Shown here: piece after piece, positions 8,317 through 23,300 of the stretch
Layout of the letters: each line of letters begins with the position of its first letter
How positions within the stretch are numbered: position 1 is the stretch's first letter
Assembly: GCA_964016885.1 (NCBI GenBank)
Contig: OZ024743.1
Span: 173,724,001-173,788,000, forward strand
Source of the DNA: Eledone cirrhosa
Lineage: Eukaryota
DNA: 64,000 nucleotides
Direction of reading: 5' to 3'
The notes under the pieces: generated by a model
Seen by the model: the letters and a program-made list of their open reading frames with translations, nothing else
Databases searched by the model: none
What the model was told of the DNA's origin: nothing
Program-made: the position numbers and the translations under genes

Positions 8317-11300
8317 ATCACACATTACTGTGTTAACACACTAAGGTGTGATTGTTACACATTAGTGTGTTAACTCACTGTATAATTGGTACACTTTAAT
8401 GTGGTAACACATGCTGTACACCTTACTGAGTTAATGCATGCTGTACACCTTACTGTGTTAACACACACTGTATAATTAGTACACCTTACAGTGTTAACGC
8501 ACACTGTATAATTGGTACACCTTACTGTGTTAAGGCACACTGTATAATTGGTACACCTTACAGTGTTAACACACACTGTATAATTGGTACACCTTACTGT
8601 GTTAACACACACTGTATAATTGGTACACCTTACAGGGTTAACGCAGACTGTATAATTAGTACACCTTACAGTGTTAACACACTGTATAATTAGTACACCT
8701 TACAGGGTTAACGCACACTGTAGAATTGGTACACCTTACTGTGTTAACACACACTGTATAATTGGTACACCATACTGTGTTAACACACACTGTATAATTA
8801 GTACACCTTACTGTGTTAACACACACTGTATAATTGGTACAACTTACTGTGTTAACACACACTGTATAATTGGTACACCTTACAGTGTTAACACACACTG
8901 TATAATTGGTACACCTTACAGTGTTAACACACACAGTATAATTAGTACACCTTACTGTGTTAACACACACTGTATAATGGATACGCCTTACTGTGTTAAC
9001 GCACACTGTATAATTGGTACACCTTACTGTGTTAAAACACACTGTATAATTGGTACACCTTACTGTGTTAACACACACTGTATAATTGGTACACCTTACT
9101 GTGTTAACGCACACTGTATAATTGGTACACCTTACTGTGTTAACGCACACTGTATAATTAGTACACCTTACTGTGTTAACACACACTGTATAATTGGTAC
9201 ACCTTACTGTGTTAACACACACTGTATAATGGGTACGCCTTACTGTGTTAACACACACTGTATAATTAGTACACCTTACTGTGTTAACACACACTGTATA
9301 ATTAGTACACCTTACTGTGTTAACACACACTGTATAATTAGTACACCTTACTGTGTTAACGCACACTGTATAATTAGTACACCTTACTGTGTTAACACAC
9401 ACTGTATAATGGGTACGCCTTACTGTGTTAACACACACTGTATAATTAGTACACCTTACAGTGTTAACGCACACTGTATAATTGGTACACCTTACTGTGT
9501 TAAGGCACACTGTATAATTGGTACACCTTACAGTGTTAACACACACTGTATAATTGTTACACCTTACAGTGTTAACACACACTGTATAATTGGTACACCT
9601 TACTGTGTTAACACACACTGTATAATTGGTACACCTTACAGTGTTAACGCAGACTGTATAATTAGTACACCTTACAGTGTTAACACGCACTGTATAATTA
9701 GTACACCTTACAGGGTTAACGCACACTGTAGAATTGGTACACCTTACTGTGTTAACACACACTGTATAATTGGTACACCATACTGTGTTAACACACACTG
9801 TATAAGTAGTACACCTTACTGTGTTAACACACACTGTATAATTGGTACAACTTACTGTGTTAACACACACTGTATAATTGGTACACCTTGCTGTGTTGAC
9901 ACACACTGTATAATTGGTACACCTTACTGTGTTAACACACACTGTATAATTGGTACACCTTACAGTGTTAACACACACTGTATAATTGGTACACCTTAGA
10001 GTGTTAACACACACAGTATAATTAGTACACCTTACTGTGTTAACACACACTGTATAATGGGTACGCCTTACTGTGTTAACGCACACTGTATAATTGGTAC
10101 ACCTTACTGTGTTAACACACACTGTATAATGGGTACGCCTTACTGTGTTAACTCACACTGTATAATTGGTACACCTTACTGTGTTAACGCACACTGTATA
10201 ATTGGTACACCTTACTGTGTTAACACACACTGTATAATTGATACACCTTACTGTGTTAACACACACTGTATAATTGGTACACCTTACTGTATTAACACAC
10301 ACTGTATAATTGGTACACCTTACTGTGTTAACGCACACTGTATAATTAGTACACCTTACAGTGTGAACACACACTGTATAATTGGTACACCTTACTGTGT
10401 TAACGCACACTGTATAATTGGTACACCTTACTGTGTTAACACACACTGAATAATTGGTACACCTTACTGTGTTAACGCACACTGTATAATTAGTACACCT
10501 TACAGTGTTAACACACACTGTGTAATTGGTACACCTTACTGGGTTAACGCACACTGTATAATTAGTACACCTTAGAGTGTTAACACACACTGTATAATTG
10601 GTACACCTTACAGTGTTAACACACACTGTATAATTAGTACACCTTACTGTATTAACACACACTGTATAATTAGTACACCTTACAGTGTTAACACACACTG
10701 TATAATTGGTACACCTTACTGTGTTAAGGCACACTGTATAATTGGTACACCTTACTGTGTTAACGCACACTGTATAATTGGTACACCTTACTGTGTTAAC
10801 ACACACTGTATAATTGGTACACCTTACTGTGTTAACGCCCACTGTATAATTGGTACACCTTACTGTGTTAACACACTGTATAATTAGTACACCTTATTGT
10901 GTTAACACACACTGTATAATTGGTACATCTTACAGTGTTAACACACACTGTATAATTGGTACACCTTACTGTGTTAACACACACTGTAAAATTAGTACAC
11001 CTTACTGTGTTAACACACTATAATTGGTACACCTCACTGTGTTAACACACACTGTATAATTGGTACACCTTACAGTGTTAACGCACACTGTATAATTGGT
11101 ACACCTTACTGTGTTAACACACACTGTATAATTGGTACACCTTACTGTGTTAACACACACTGTATAATTACTACACCTTACTGTGTTAACACATACTGTA
11201 TAATTGGTACATCTTACAGTGATAACGCAGACTGTATAATTGGTACACCTTACTGTGTTAACACACACTGTATAATTGGTACAGCTTACTGTGTTAACGC

Positions 11301-14300
11301 AGACTGTATAATTGGTACACCTTACTGTGTTAACGCACACTGTATAATTAGTACACCTTACAGTGTTAACACACACTGTATAATTGGTACACCTTACTGT
11401 GTTAACGCACACTGTATAATTGGTACACCTTACTGTGTTAACACACACTGTATAATTGGTACACCTTACTCTGTTAACGCACACTGTATAATTGGTACAC
11501 CTTACTGTGTTAACGCACACTGTATAATTGGTACACCTTACTGTGTTAACGCACACTGTATAATTGGTACACCTTACTGTGTTAACGCACACTGTATAAT
11601 TGGTACACCTTACTGTGTTAACACACACTGTATAATTGGTACACCTTACTCTGTTAACGCACACTGTATAATTGGTACACCTTACTGTGTTAACGCACAC
11701 TGTATAATTGGTACACCTAACAGTGTTAACACACTGTATAATTAGTACACCTTACTGTGTTAACACACACTGTATAATTGGTACACATTACTGTGTTAAC
11801 ACACACTGTATAATTGGTACACCTTACTGAGTTAACGCACACTGTATAATTAGTAAACCTTACAGTGTTAACACACACTGTATAATTGGTACACCTTACT
11901 GTGTTAATGCACACTGTATAATTGGTACACCTTACTGTGTTAACGCACACTGTATAATTGGTACACCTTACTGTGTTAACGCACACTGTATAATTGGTAC
12001 ACCTTACTGTGTTAACACACACTGAATAATTGGTACACCTTTCTGGGTTAACGCACACTGTATAATTGGTACACCTTACTGTGTTAACGCACACTGTATA
12101 ATTGGTACACCTTACTGTGTTAACACACACTGAATAATTGGTACACCTTACTGTGTTAACGCGCACTGTATAATTAGTACACCTTACAGTGTTAACACAC
12201 ACTGTGTAATTGGTACACCTTACTGGGTTAACGCACACTGTATAATTAGTACACCTTAGAGTGTTAACACACACTGTATAATTGGTACACCTTACAGTGT
12301 TAACACACACTGTATAATTAGTACACCTTACTGTATTAACACACACTGTATAATTAGTACACCTTACAGTGTTAACACACACTGTATAATTGGTACACCT
12401 TACTGTGTTAAGGCACACTGTATAATTGGTACACCTTACTGTGTTAACGCACACTGTATAATTGGTACACCTTACTGTGTTAACACACACTGTATAATTG
12501 GTACACCTTACTGTATTAACGCCCACTGTATAATTGGTACACCTTACTGTGTTAACACACTGTATAATTAGTACACCTTATTGTGTTAACACACACTGTA
12601 TAATTGGTACATCTTACAGTGTTAACACACACTGTATAATTGGTACACCTTACTGTGTTAACACACACTGTAAAATTAGTACACCTTACTGTGTTAACAC
12701 ACTATAATTGGTACACCTCACTGTGTTAACACACACTGTATAATTGGTACACCTTACAGTGTTAACGCACACTGTATAATTGGTACACCTTACTGTGTTA
12801 ACACACACTGTATAATTGGTACACCTTACTGTGTTAACACACACTGTATAATTACTACACCTTACTGTGTTAACACATACTGTATAATTGGTACATCTTA
12901 CAGTGATAACGCAGACTGTATAATTGGTACACCTTACTGTGTTAACACACACTGTATAATTGGTACAGCTTACTGTGTTAACGCAGACTGTATAATTGGT
13001 ACACCTTACTGTGTTAACGCACACTGTATAATTAGTACACCTTACAGTGTTAACACACACTGTATAATTGGTACACCTTACTGTGTTAACGCACACTGTA
13101 TAATTGGTACACCTTACTGTGTTAACACACACTGTATAATTGGTACACCTTACTCTGTTAACGCACACTGTATAATTGGTACACCTTACTGTGTTAACGC
13201 ACACTGTATAATTGGTACACCTTACTGTGTTAACGCACACTGTATAATTGGTACACCTTACTGTGTTAACGCACACTGTATAATTGGTACACCTTACTGT
13301 GTTAACACACACTGTATAATTGGTACACCTTACTCTGTTAACGCACACTGTATAATTGGTACACCTTACTGTGTTAATGCACACTGTATAATTGGTACAC
13401 CTAACAGTGTTAACACACTGTATAATTGGTACACCTTACTGTGTTAACACACACTGTATAATTGGTACACATTACTGTGTTAACACACACTGTATAATTG
13501 GTACACCTTACTGAGTTAACGCACACTGTATAATTAGTAAACCTTACAGTGTTAACACACACTGTATAATTGGTACACCTTACTGTGTTAATGCACACTG
13601 TATAATTGGTACACCTTACTGTGTTAACACACACTGTATAATTGGTACACCTTACAGTGTTAACACACACAGTATAATTAGTACACCTTACTGTGTTAAC
13701 ACACACTGTATAATGGATACGTCTTACTGTGTTAACGCACACTGTATAATTGGTACACCTTACTGTGTTAAAACACACTGTATAATTGGTACACCTTACT
13801 GTGTTAACACACACTGTATAATTGGTACACCTTACTGTGTTAACGCACACTGTATAATTGGTACACCTTACTGTGTTAACGCACACTGTATAATTAGTAC
13901 ACCTTACTGTGTTAACACACACTGTATAATTGGTACACCTTACTGTGTTAACACACACTGTATAATGGGTACGCCTTACTGTGTTAACACACACTGTATA
14001 ATTAGTACACCTTACTGTGTTAACACCCACTGTATAATTAGTACACCTTACTGTGTTAACACACACTGTATAATTAGTACACCTTACTGTGTTAACGCAC
14101 ACTGTATAATTAGTACACCTTACTGTGTTAACACACACTGTATAATGGGTACGCCTTACTGTGTTAACACACACTGTATAATTAGTACACCTTACAGTGT
14201 TAACGCACACTGTATAATTGGTACACATTACTGTGTTAAGGCACACTGTATAATTGGTACACCTTACAGTGTTAACACACACTGTATAATTGTTACACCT

Positions 14301-17300
14301 TACAGTGTTAACACACACTGTATAATTGGTACACCTTACTGTGTTAACACACACTGTATAATTGGTACACCTTACAGTGTTAACGCAGACTGTATAATTA
14401 GTACACCTTACAGTGTTAACACGCACTGTATAATTAGTACACCTTACAGGGTTAACGCACACTGTAGAATTGGTACACCTTACTGTGTTAACACACACTG
14501 TATAATTGGTACACCATACTGTGTTAACACACACTGTATAAGTAGTACACCTTACTGTGTTAACACACACTGTATAATTGGTACAACTTACTGTGTTAAC
14601 ACACACTGTATAATTGGTACACCTTGCTGTGTTGACACACACTGTATAATTGGTACACCTTACTGTGTTAACACACACTGTATAATTGGTACACCTTACA
14701 GTGTTAACACACACTGTATAATTGGTACACCTTAGAGTGTTAACACACACAGTATAATTAGTACACCTTACTGTGTTAACACACACTGTATAATGGGTAC
14801 GCCTTACTGTGTTAACGCACACTGTATAATTGGTACACCTTACTGTGTTAACACACACTGTATAATGGGTACGCCTTACTGTGTTAACTCACACTGTATA
14901 ATTGGTACACCTTACTGTGTTAACGCACACTGTATAATTGGTACACCTTACTGTGTTAACACACACTGTACAATTGGTACACCTTACTGTGTTAACACAC
15001 ACTGTATAATTGGTACACCTTACTGTGTTAACACACACTGTATAATTGGTACACCTTACTGTGTTAACGCACACTGTATAATTAGTACACCTTACAGTGT
15101 GAACACACACTGTATAATTGGTACACCTTACTGTGTTAACGCACACTGTATAATTGGTACACCTTACTGTGTTAACACACACTGAATAATTGGTACACCT
15201 TACTGTGTTAACGCACACTCTATAATTAGTACACCTTACAGTGTTAACACACACTGTGTAATTGGTACACCTTACTGGGTTAACGCACACTGTATAATTA
15301 GTACACCTTAGAGTGTTAACACACACTGTATAATTGGTACACCTTACAGTGTTAACACACACTGTATAATTAGTACACCTTACTGTATTAACACACACTG
15401 TATAATTAGTACACCTTACAGTGTTAACACACACTGTATAATTGGTACACCTTACTGTGTTAAGGCACACTGTATAATTGGTACACCTTACTGTGTTAAC
15501 GCACACTGTATAATTGGTACACCTTACTGTGTTAACACACACTGTATAATTGGTACACCTTACTGTGTTAACGCCCACTGTATAATTGGTACACCTTACT
15601 GTGTTAACACACTGTATAATTAGTACACCTTATTGTGTTAACACACACTGTATAATTGGTACATCTTACAGTGTTAACACACACTGTATAATTGGTACAC
15701 CTTACTGTGTTAACACACACTGTAAAATTAGTACACCTTACTGTGTTAACACACTATAATTGGTACACCTCACTGTGTTAACACACACTGTATAATTGGT
15801 ACACCTTACAGTGTTAACGCACACTGTATAATTGGTACACCTTACTGTGTTAACACACACTGTATAATTGGTACACCTTACTGTGTTAACACACACTGTA
15901 TAATTACTACACCTTACTGTGTTAACACATACTGTATAATTGGTACATCTTACAGTGATAACGCAGACTGTATAATTGGTACACCTTACTGTGTTAACGC
16001 ACACTGTATAATTAGTACACCTTACAGTGTTAACACACACTGTATAATTGGTACACCTTACTGTGTTAACGCACACTGTATAATTGGTACACCTTACTGT
16101 GTTAACACACACTGTATAATTGGTACACCTTACTCTGTTAACGCACACTGTATAATTGGTACACCTTACTGTGTTAACGCACACTGTATAATTGGTACAC
16201 CTTACTGTGTTAACGCACACTGTATAATTGGTACACCTTACTGTGTTAACACACACTGAATAATTGGTACACCTTTCTGGGTTAACGCACACTGTATAAT
16301 TGGTACACCTTACTGTGTTAACGCACACTGTATAATTGGTACACCTTACAGTGTTAACACACACTGTATAGTTGGTACACATTACTGTGTTAACGCACAC
16401 TGTGTAATTAGTACACCTTACAGTGTTAACACACACTGTATAATTAGTACACCTTACTGTGTTAACACACACTGTATAATTAGTACACCTTACAGTGTTA
16501 ACACACACTGTGTAATTGGTACACCTTACTGGGTTAACGCACACTGTATAATTGGTACACCTTACTGTGTTAACACACTGTATAATTGGTACACCTTACT
16601 GTGTTAACACACACTGTATAATTGGTACATCTTACAGTGTTAACACACACTATATAATTGGTACACCTTACTGTGTTAACACACACTGTAAAATTAGTAC
16701 ACCTTACTGTGTTAACACACTATAATTGGTACACCTCACTGTGTTAACACACACTGTATAATTGGTACACCTTACAGTGTTAACGCACACTGTATAATTG
16801 GTACACCTTACTGTGTTAACACACACTGTATAATTGGTACACCTTACTGTGTTAACACACACTGTATAATTACTACACCTTACTGTGTTAACACATACTG
16901 TATAATTGGTACACCTTACTGGGTTAACGCACACTGTATAATTAGTACACCTTACAGTGTTAACACACACTGTATAATTGGTACACATTACAGTGTTAAC
17001 ACACACTGTATAATTGGTACACCTTACTGTGTTAACACACACTGTATAATTAGTACACCTTACTGTGTTAACACACACTGTATAATTAGTACACCTAACA
17101 GTGTTAACACACTGTATAATTAGTACACCTTACTGTGTTAACACACACTGTATAATTGGTACACCTTACTGTGTTAATGCACACTGTATAATTGGTACAC
17201 CTTACAGTGTTAATACACACTGTATAATTATTACACCTTACTGTGTTAACGCACACTGTATAAGTTGTACACCTTACTGTGTTAACACACACTGTATAAT

Positions 17301-20300
17301 TGGTACACCTTACTGTGTTAACGCACACTGTACAATTGGTACACCTTACTGTGTTAACGCACACTGTATAATTGGTACACCTTACTGTGTTAACACACAC
17401 TGTATAATTGGTACACCTTACTGTGTTAACACACACTGTATAATTGGTACACCTTACTGTGTTAACGCACACTGTATAATTAGTACACCTTACAGTGTGA
17501 ACACACACTGTATAATTGGTACACCTTACTGTGTTAACACACACTGTATAATTGGTACACCTTACAGTGTTAACACACACTGTATAATTGGTACACCTTA
17601 CTGTGTTAACGCACACTGTATAATTAGTACACCTTACTGTGTTAACGCATACTGTATAATTGGTACACCTTACAGTGTTAACACACACTGTATAGTTGGT
17701 ACACATTACTGTGTTAACGCACACTGTATAATTAGTACACCTTACAGTGTTAACACACACTGTATAATTGGTACGCCTTACTGGGTTAACGCACACTGTA
17801 TAATTAGTACACCTTACAGTGTTAACACACACTGTATAATTGGTACGCCTTACTGTGTTAACACACACTGTATAATTGGTACACCTTCTGGGTTAACGCA
17901 CACTATAATTAGTACACCTTACAGTGTTAACACACACTGTGTAATTGGTACAACTTACTGGGTTAACGCACACTGTATAATTAGTACACCTTACAGTGTT
18001 AACACACACTGTATAATTGGTACACCTTACAGTGTTAACACACTGTATAATTAGTACACCTTACTGTGTTAACACACACTGTATAATTAGTACACCTTAC
18101 AGTATTAACACACACTGTATAATTGGTACACCTTACTGTGTTAACGCACACTGTATAATTAGTACACCTTACAGTGTGAACACACACTGTATAATTGGTA
18201 CACCTTACTGTGTTAACGTACACTGTATAATTGGTACACCTTACTGTGTTAACACACACTGAATAATTGGTACACCTTACTGTGTTAACGCACACTGTAT
18301 AATTAGTACACCTTACAGTGTTAACACACACTGTATAATTGGTACACCTTACTGGGTTAACGCACACTGTATAATTAGTACACCTTATAGTGTTAACACA
18401 CACTGTATAATTGGTACACCTTACAGTGTTAACACACACTGTATAATTGGTACGCTTTACTGTGTTAACACACACTGTATAATTAGTACACCTTACTGTG
18501 TTAACACACACTGTATAATTAGTACACCTTACAGTGTTAACACACACTGTATAATTGGTACGCCTTACTGTGTTAACTCACACTGTATAATTGGTACACC
18601 TTACTGTGTTAACGCACACTGTATAATTGGTACACCTTACTGTGTTAACACACACTGTATAATTGATACACCTTACTGTGTTAACACACACTGTATAATT
18701 GGTACACCTTACTGTATTAACACACACTGTATAATTGGTACACCTTACTGTGTTAACGCACACTGTATAATTAGTACACCTTACAGTGTGAACACACACT
18801 GTATAATTGGTACACCTTACTGTGTTAACGCACACTGTATAATTGGTACACCTTACTGTGTTAACACACACTGAATAATTGGTACACCTTACTGTGTTAA
18901 CGCACACTGTATAATTAGTACACCTTACAGTGTTAACACACACTGTGTAATTGGTACACCTTACTGGGTTAACGCACACTGTATAATTAGTACACCTTAG
19001 AGTGTTAACACACACTGTATAATTGGTACACCTTACAGTGTTAACACACACTGTATAATTAGTACACCTTACTGTATTAACACACACTGTATAATTAGTA
19101 CACCTTACAGTGTTAACACACACTGTATAATTGGTACACCTTACTGTGTTAAGGCACACTGTATAATTGGTACACCTTACTGTGTTAACGCACACTGTAT
19201 AATTGGTACACCTTACTGTGTTAACACACACTGTATAATTGGTACACCTTACTGTGTTAACGCCCACTGTATAATTGGTACACCTTACTGTGTTAACACA
19301 CTGTATAATTAGTACACCTTATTGTGTTAACACACACTGTATAATTGGTACATCTTACAGTGTTAACACACACTGTATAATTGGTACACCTTACTGTGTT
19401 AACACACACTGTAAAATTAGTACACCTTACTGTGTTAACACACTATAATTGGTACACCTCACTGTGTTAACACACACTGTATAATTGGTACACCTTACAG
19501 TGTTAACGCACACTGTATAATTGGTACACCTTACTGTGTTAACACACACTGTATAATTGGTACACCTTACTGTGTTAACACACACTGTATAATTACTACA
19601 CCTTACTGTGTTAACACATACTGTATAATTGGTACATCTTACAGTGATAACGCAGACTGTATAATTGGTACACCTTACTGTGTTAACACACACTGTATAA
19701 TTGGTACAGCTTACTGTGTTAACGCAGACTGTATAATTGGTACACCTTACTGTGTTAACGCACACTGTATAATTAGTACACCTTACAGTGTTAACACACA
19801 CTGTATAATTGGTACACCTTACTGTGTTAACGCACACTGTATAATTGGTACACCTTACTGTGTTAACACACACTGTATAATTGGTACACCTTACTCTGTT
19901 AACGCACACTGTATAATTGGTACACCTTACTGTGTTAACGCACACTGTATAATTGGTACACCTTACTGTGTTAACGCACACTGTATAATTGGTACACCTT
20001 ACTGTGTTAACGCACACTGTATAATTGGTACACCTTACTGTGTTAACACACACTGTATAATTGGTACACCTTACTCTGTTAACGCACACTGTATAATTGG
20101 TACACCTTACTGTGTTAACGCACACTGTATAATTGGTACACCTAACAGTGTTAACACACTGTATAATTAGTACACCTTACTGTGTTAACACACACTGTAT
20201 AATTGGTACACATTACTGTGTTAACACACACTGTATAATTGGTACACCTTACTGAGTTAACGCACACTGTATAATTAGTAAACCTTACAGTGTTAACACA

Positions 20301-23300
20301 CACTGTATAATTGGTACACCTTACTGTGTTAATGCACACTGTATAATTGGTACACCTTACTGTGTTAACGCACACTGTCTAATTGGTACACCTTACTGTG
20401 TTAACGCACACTGTATAATTGGTACACCTTACTGTGTTAACACACACTGAATAATTGGTACACCTTTCTGGGTTAACGCACACTGTATAATTGGTACACC
20501 TTACTGTGTTAACGCACACTGTATAATTGGTACACCTTACTGTGTTAACACACACTGAATAATTGGTACACCTTACTGTGTTAACGCGCACTGTATAATT
20601 AGTACACCTTACAGTGTTAACACACACTGTGTAATTGGTACACCTTACTGGGTTAACGCACACTGTATAATTAGTACACCTTAGAGTGTTAACACACACT
20701 GTATAATTGGTACACCTTACAGTGTTAACACACACTGTATAATTAGTACACCTTACTGTATTAACACACACTGTATAATTAGTACACCTTACAGTGTTAA
20801 CACACACTGTATAATTGGTACACCTTACTGTGTTAAGGCACACTGTATAATTGGTACACCTTACTGTGTTAACGCACACTGTATAATTGGTACACCTTAC
20901 TGTGTTAACACACACTGTATAATTGGTACACCTTACTGTATTAACGCCCACTGTATAATTGGTACACCTTACTGTGTTAACACACTGTATAATTAGTACA
21001 CCTTATTGTGTTAACACACACTGTATAATTGGTACATCTTACAGTGTTAACACACACTGTATAATTGGTACACCTTACTGTGTTAACACACACTGTAAAA
21101 TTAGTACACCTTACTGTGTTAACACACTATAATTGGTACACCTCACTGTGTTAACACACACTGTATAATTGGTACACCTTACAGTGTTAACGCACACTGT
21201 ATAATTGGTACACCTTACTGTGTTAACACACACTGTATAATTGGTACACCTTACTGTGTTAACACACACTGTATAATTACTACACCTTACTGTGTTAACA
21301 CATACTGTATAATTGGTACATCTTACAGTGATAACGCAGACTGTATAATTGGTACACCTTACTGTGTTAACACACACTGTATAATTGGTACAGCTTACTG
21401 TGTTAACGCAGACTGTATAATTGGTACACCTTACTGTGTTAACGCACACTGTATAATTAGTACACCTTACAGTGTTAACACACACTGTATAATTGGTACA
21501 CCTTACTGTGTTAACGCACACTGTATAATTGGTACACCTTACTGTGTTAACACACACTGTATAATTGGTACACCTTACTCTGTTAACGCACACTGTATAA
21601 TTGGTACACCTTACTGTGTTAACGCACACTGTATAATTGGTACACCTTACTGTGTTAACGCACACTGTATAATTGGTACACCTTACTGTGTTAACGCACA
21701 CTGTATAATTGGTACACCTTACTGCGTTAACACACACTGTATAATTGGTACACCTTACTCTGTTAACGCACACTGTATAATTGGTACACCTTACTGTGTT
21801 AATGCACACTGTATAATTGGTACACCTAACAGTGTTAACACACTGTATAATTGGTACACGTTACTGTGTTAACACACACTGTATAATTGGTACACATTAC
21901 TGTGTTAACACACACTGTATAATTGGTACACCTTACTGAGTTAACGCACACTGTATAATTAGTAAACCTTACAGTGTTAACACACACTGTATAATTGGTA
22001 CACCTTACTGTGTTAATGCACACTGTATAATTGGTACACCTTACTGTGTTAACACACACTGTATAATTGGTACACCTTACAGTGTTAACACACACAGTAT
22101 AATTAGTACACCTTACTGTGTTAACACACACTGTATAATGGATACGTCTTACTGTGTTAACGCACACTGTATAATTGGTACACCTTACTGTGTTAAAACA
22201 CACTGTATAATTGGTACACCTTACTGTGTTAACACACACTGTATAATTGGTACACCTTACTGTGTTAACGCACACTGTATAATTGGTACACCTTACTGTG
22301 TTAACGCACACTGTATAATTAGTACACCTTACTGTGTTAACACACACTGTATAATTGGTACACCTTACTGTGTTAACACACACTGTATAATGGGTACGCC
22401 TTACTGTGTTAACACACACTGTATAATTAGTACACCTTACTGTGTTAACACACACTGTATAATTAGTACACCTTACTGTGTTAACACACACTGTATAATT
22501 AGTACACCTTACTGTGTTAACGCACACTGTATAATTAGTACACCTTACTGTGTTAACACACACTGTATAATGGGTACGCCTTACTGTGTTAACACACACT
22601 GTATAATTAGTACACCTTACAGTGTTAACGCACACTGTATAATTGGTACACCTTACTGTGTTAAGGCACACTGTATAATTGGTACACCTTACAGTGTTAA
22701 CACACACTGTATAATTGTTACACCTTACAGTGTTAACACACACTGTATAATTGGTACACCTTACTGTGTTAACACACACTGTATAATTGGTACACCTTAC
22801 AGTGTTAACGCAGACTGTATAATTAGTACACCTTACAGTGTTAACACGCACTGTATAATTAGTACACCTTACAGGGTTAACGCACACTGTAGAATTGGTA
22901 CACCTTACTGTGTTAACACACACTGTATAATTGGTACACCATACTGTGTTAACACACACTGTATAAGTAGTACACCTTACTGTGTTAACACACACTGTAT
23001 AATTGGTACAACTTACTGTGTTAACACACACTGTATAATTGGTACACCTTGCTGTGTTGACACACACTGTATAATTGGTACACCTTACTGTGTTAACACA
23101 CACTGTATAATTGGTACACCTTACAGTGTTAACACACACTTTATAATTGGTACACCTTAGAGTGTTAACACACACAGTATAATTAGTACACCTTACTGTG
23201 TTAACACACACTGTATAATGGGTACGCCTTACTGTGTTAACGCACACTGTATAATTGGTACACCTTACTGTGTTAACACACACTGTATAATGGGTACGCC

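Noticed and set aside
8296-8373. Read-through of the last FAM47-like exon as the true C-terminus (VSFYLRFITHYCVNTLRCDCYTLVC*)
   Set aside because: A perfect gtaagt donor sits exactly where the conserved motif is interrupted, and the extension is satellite-derived. It remains possible only as an intron-retention isoform.
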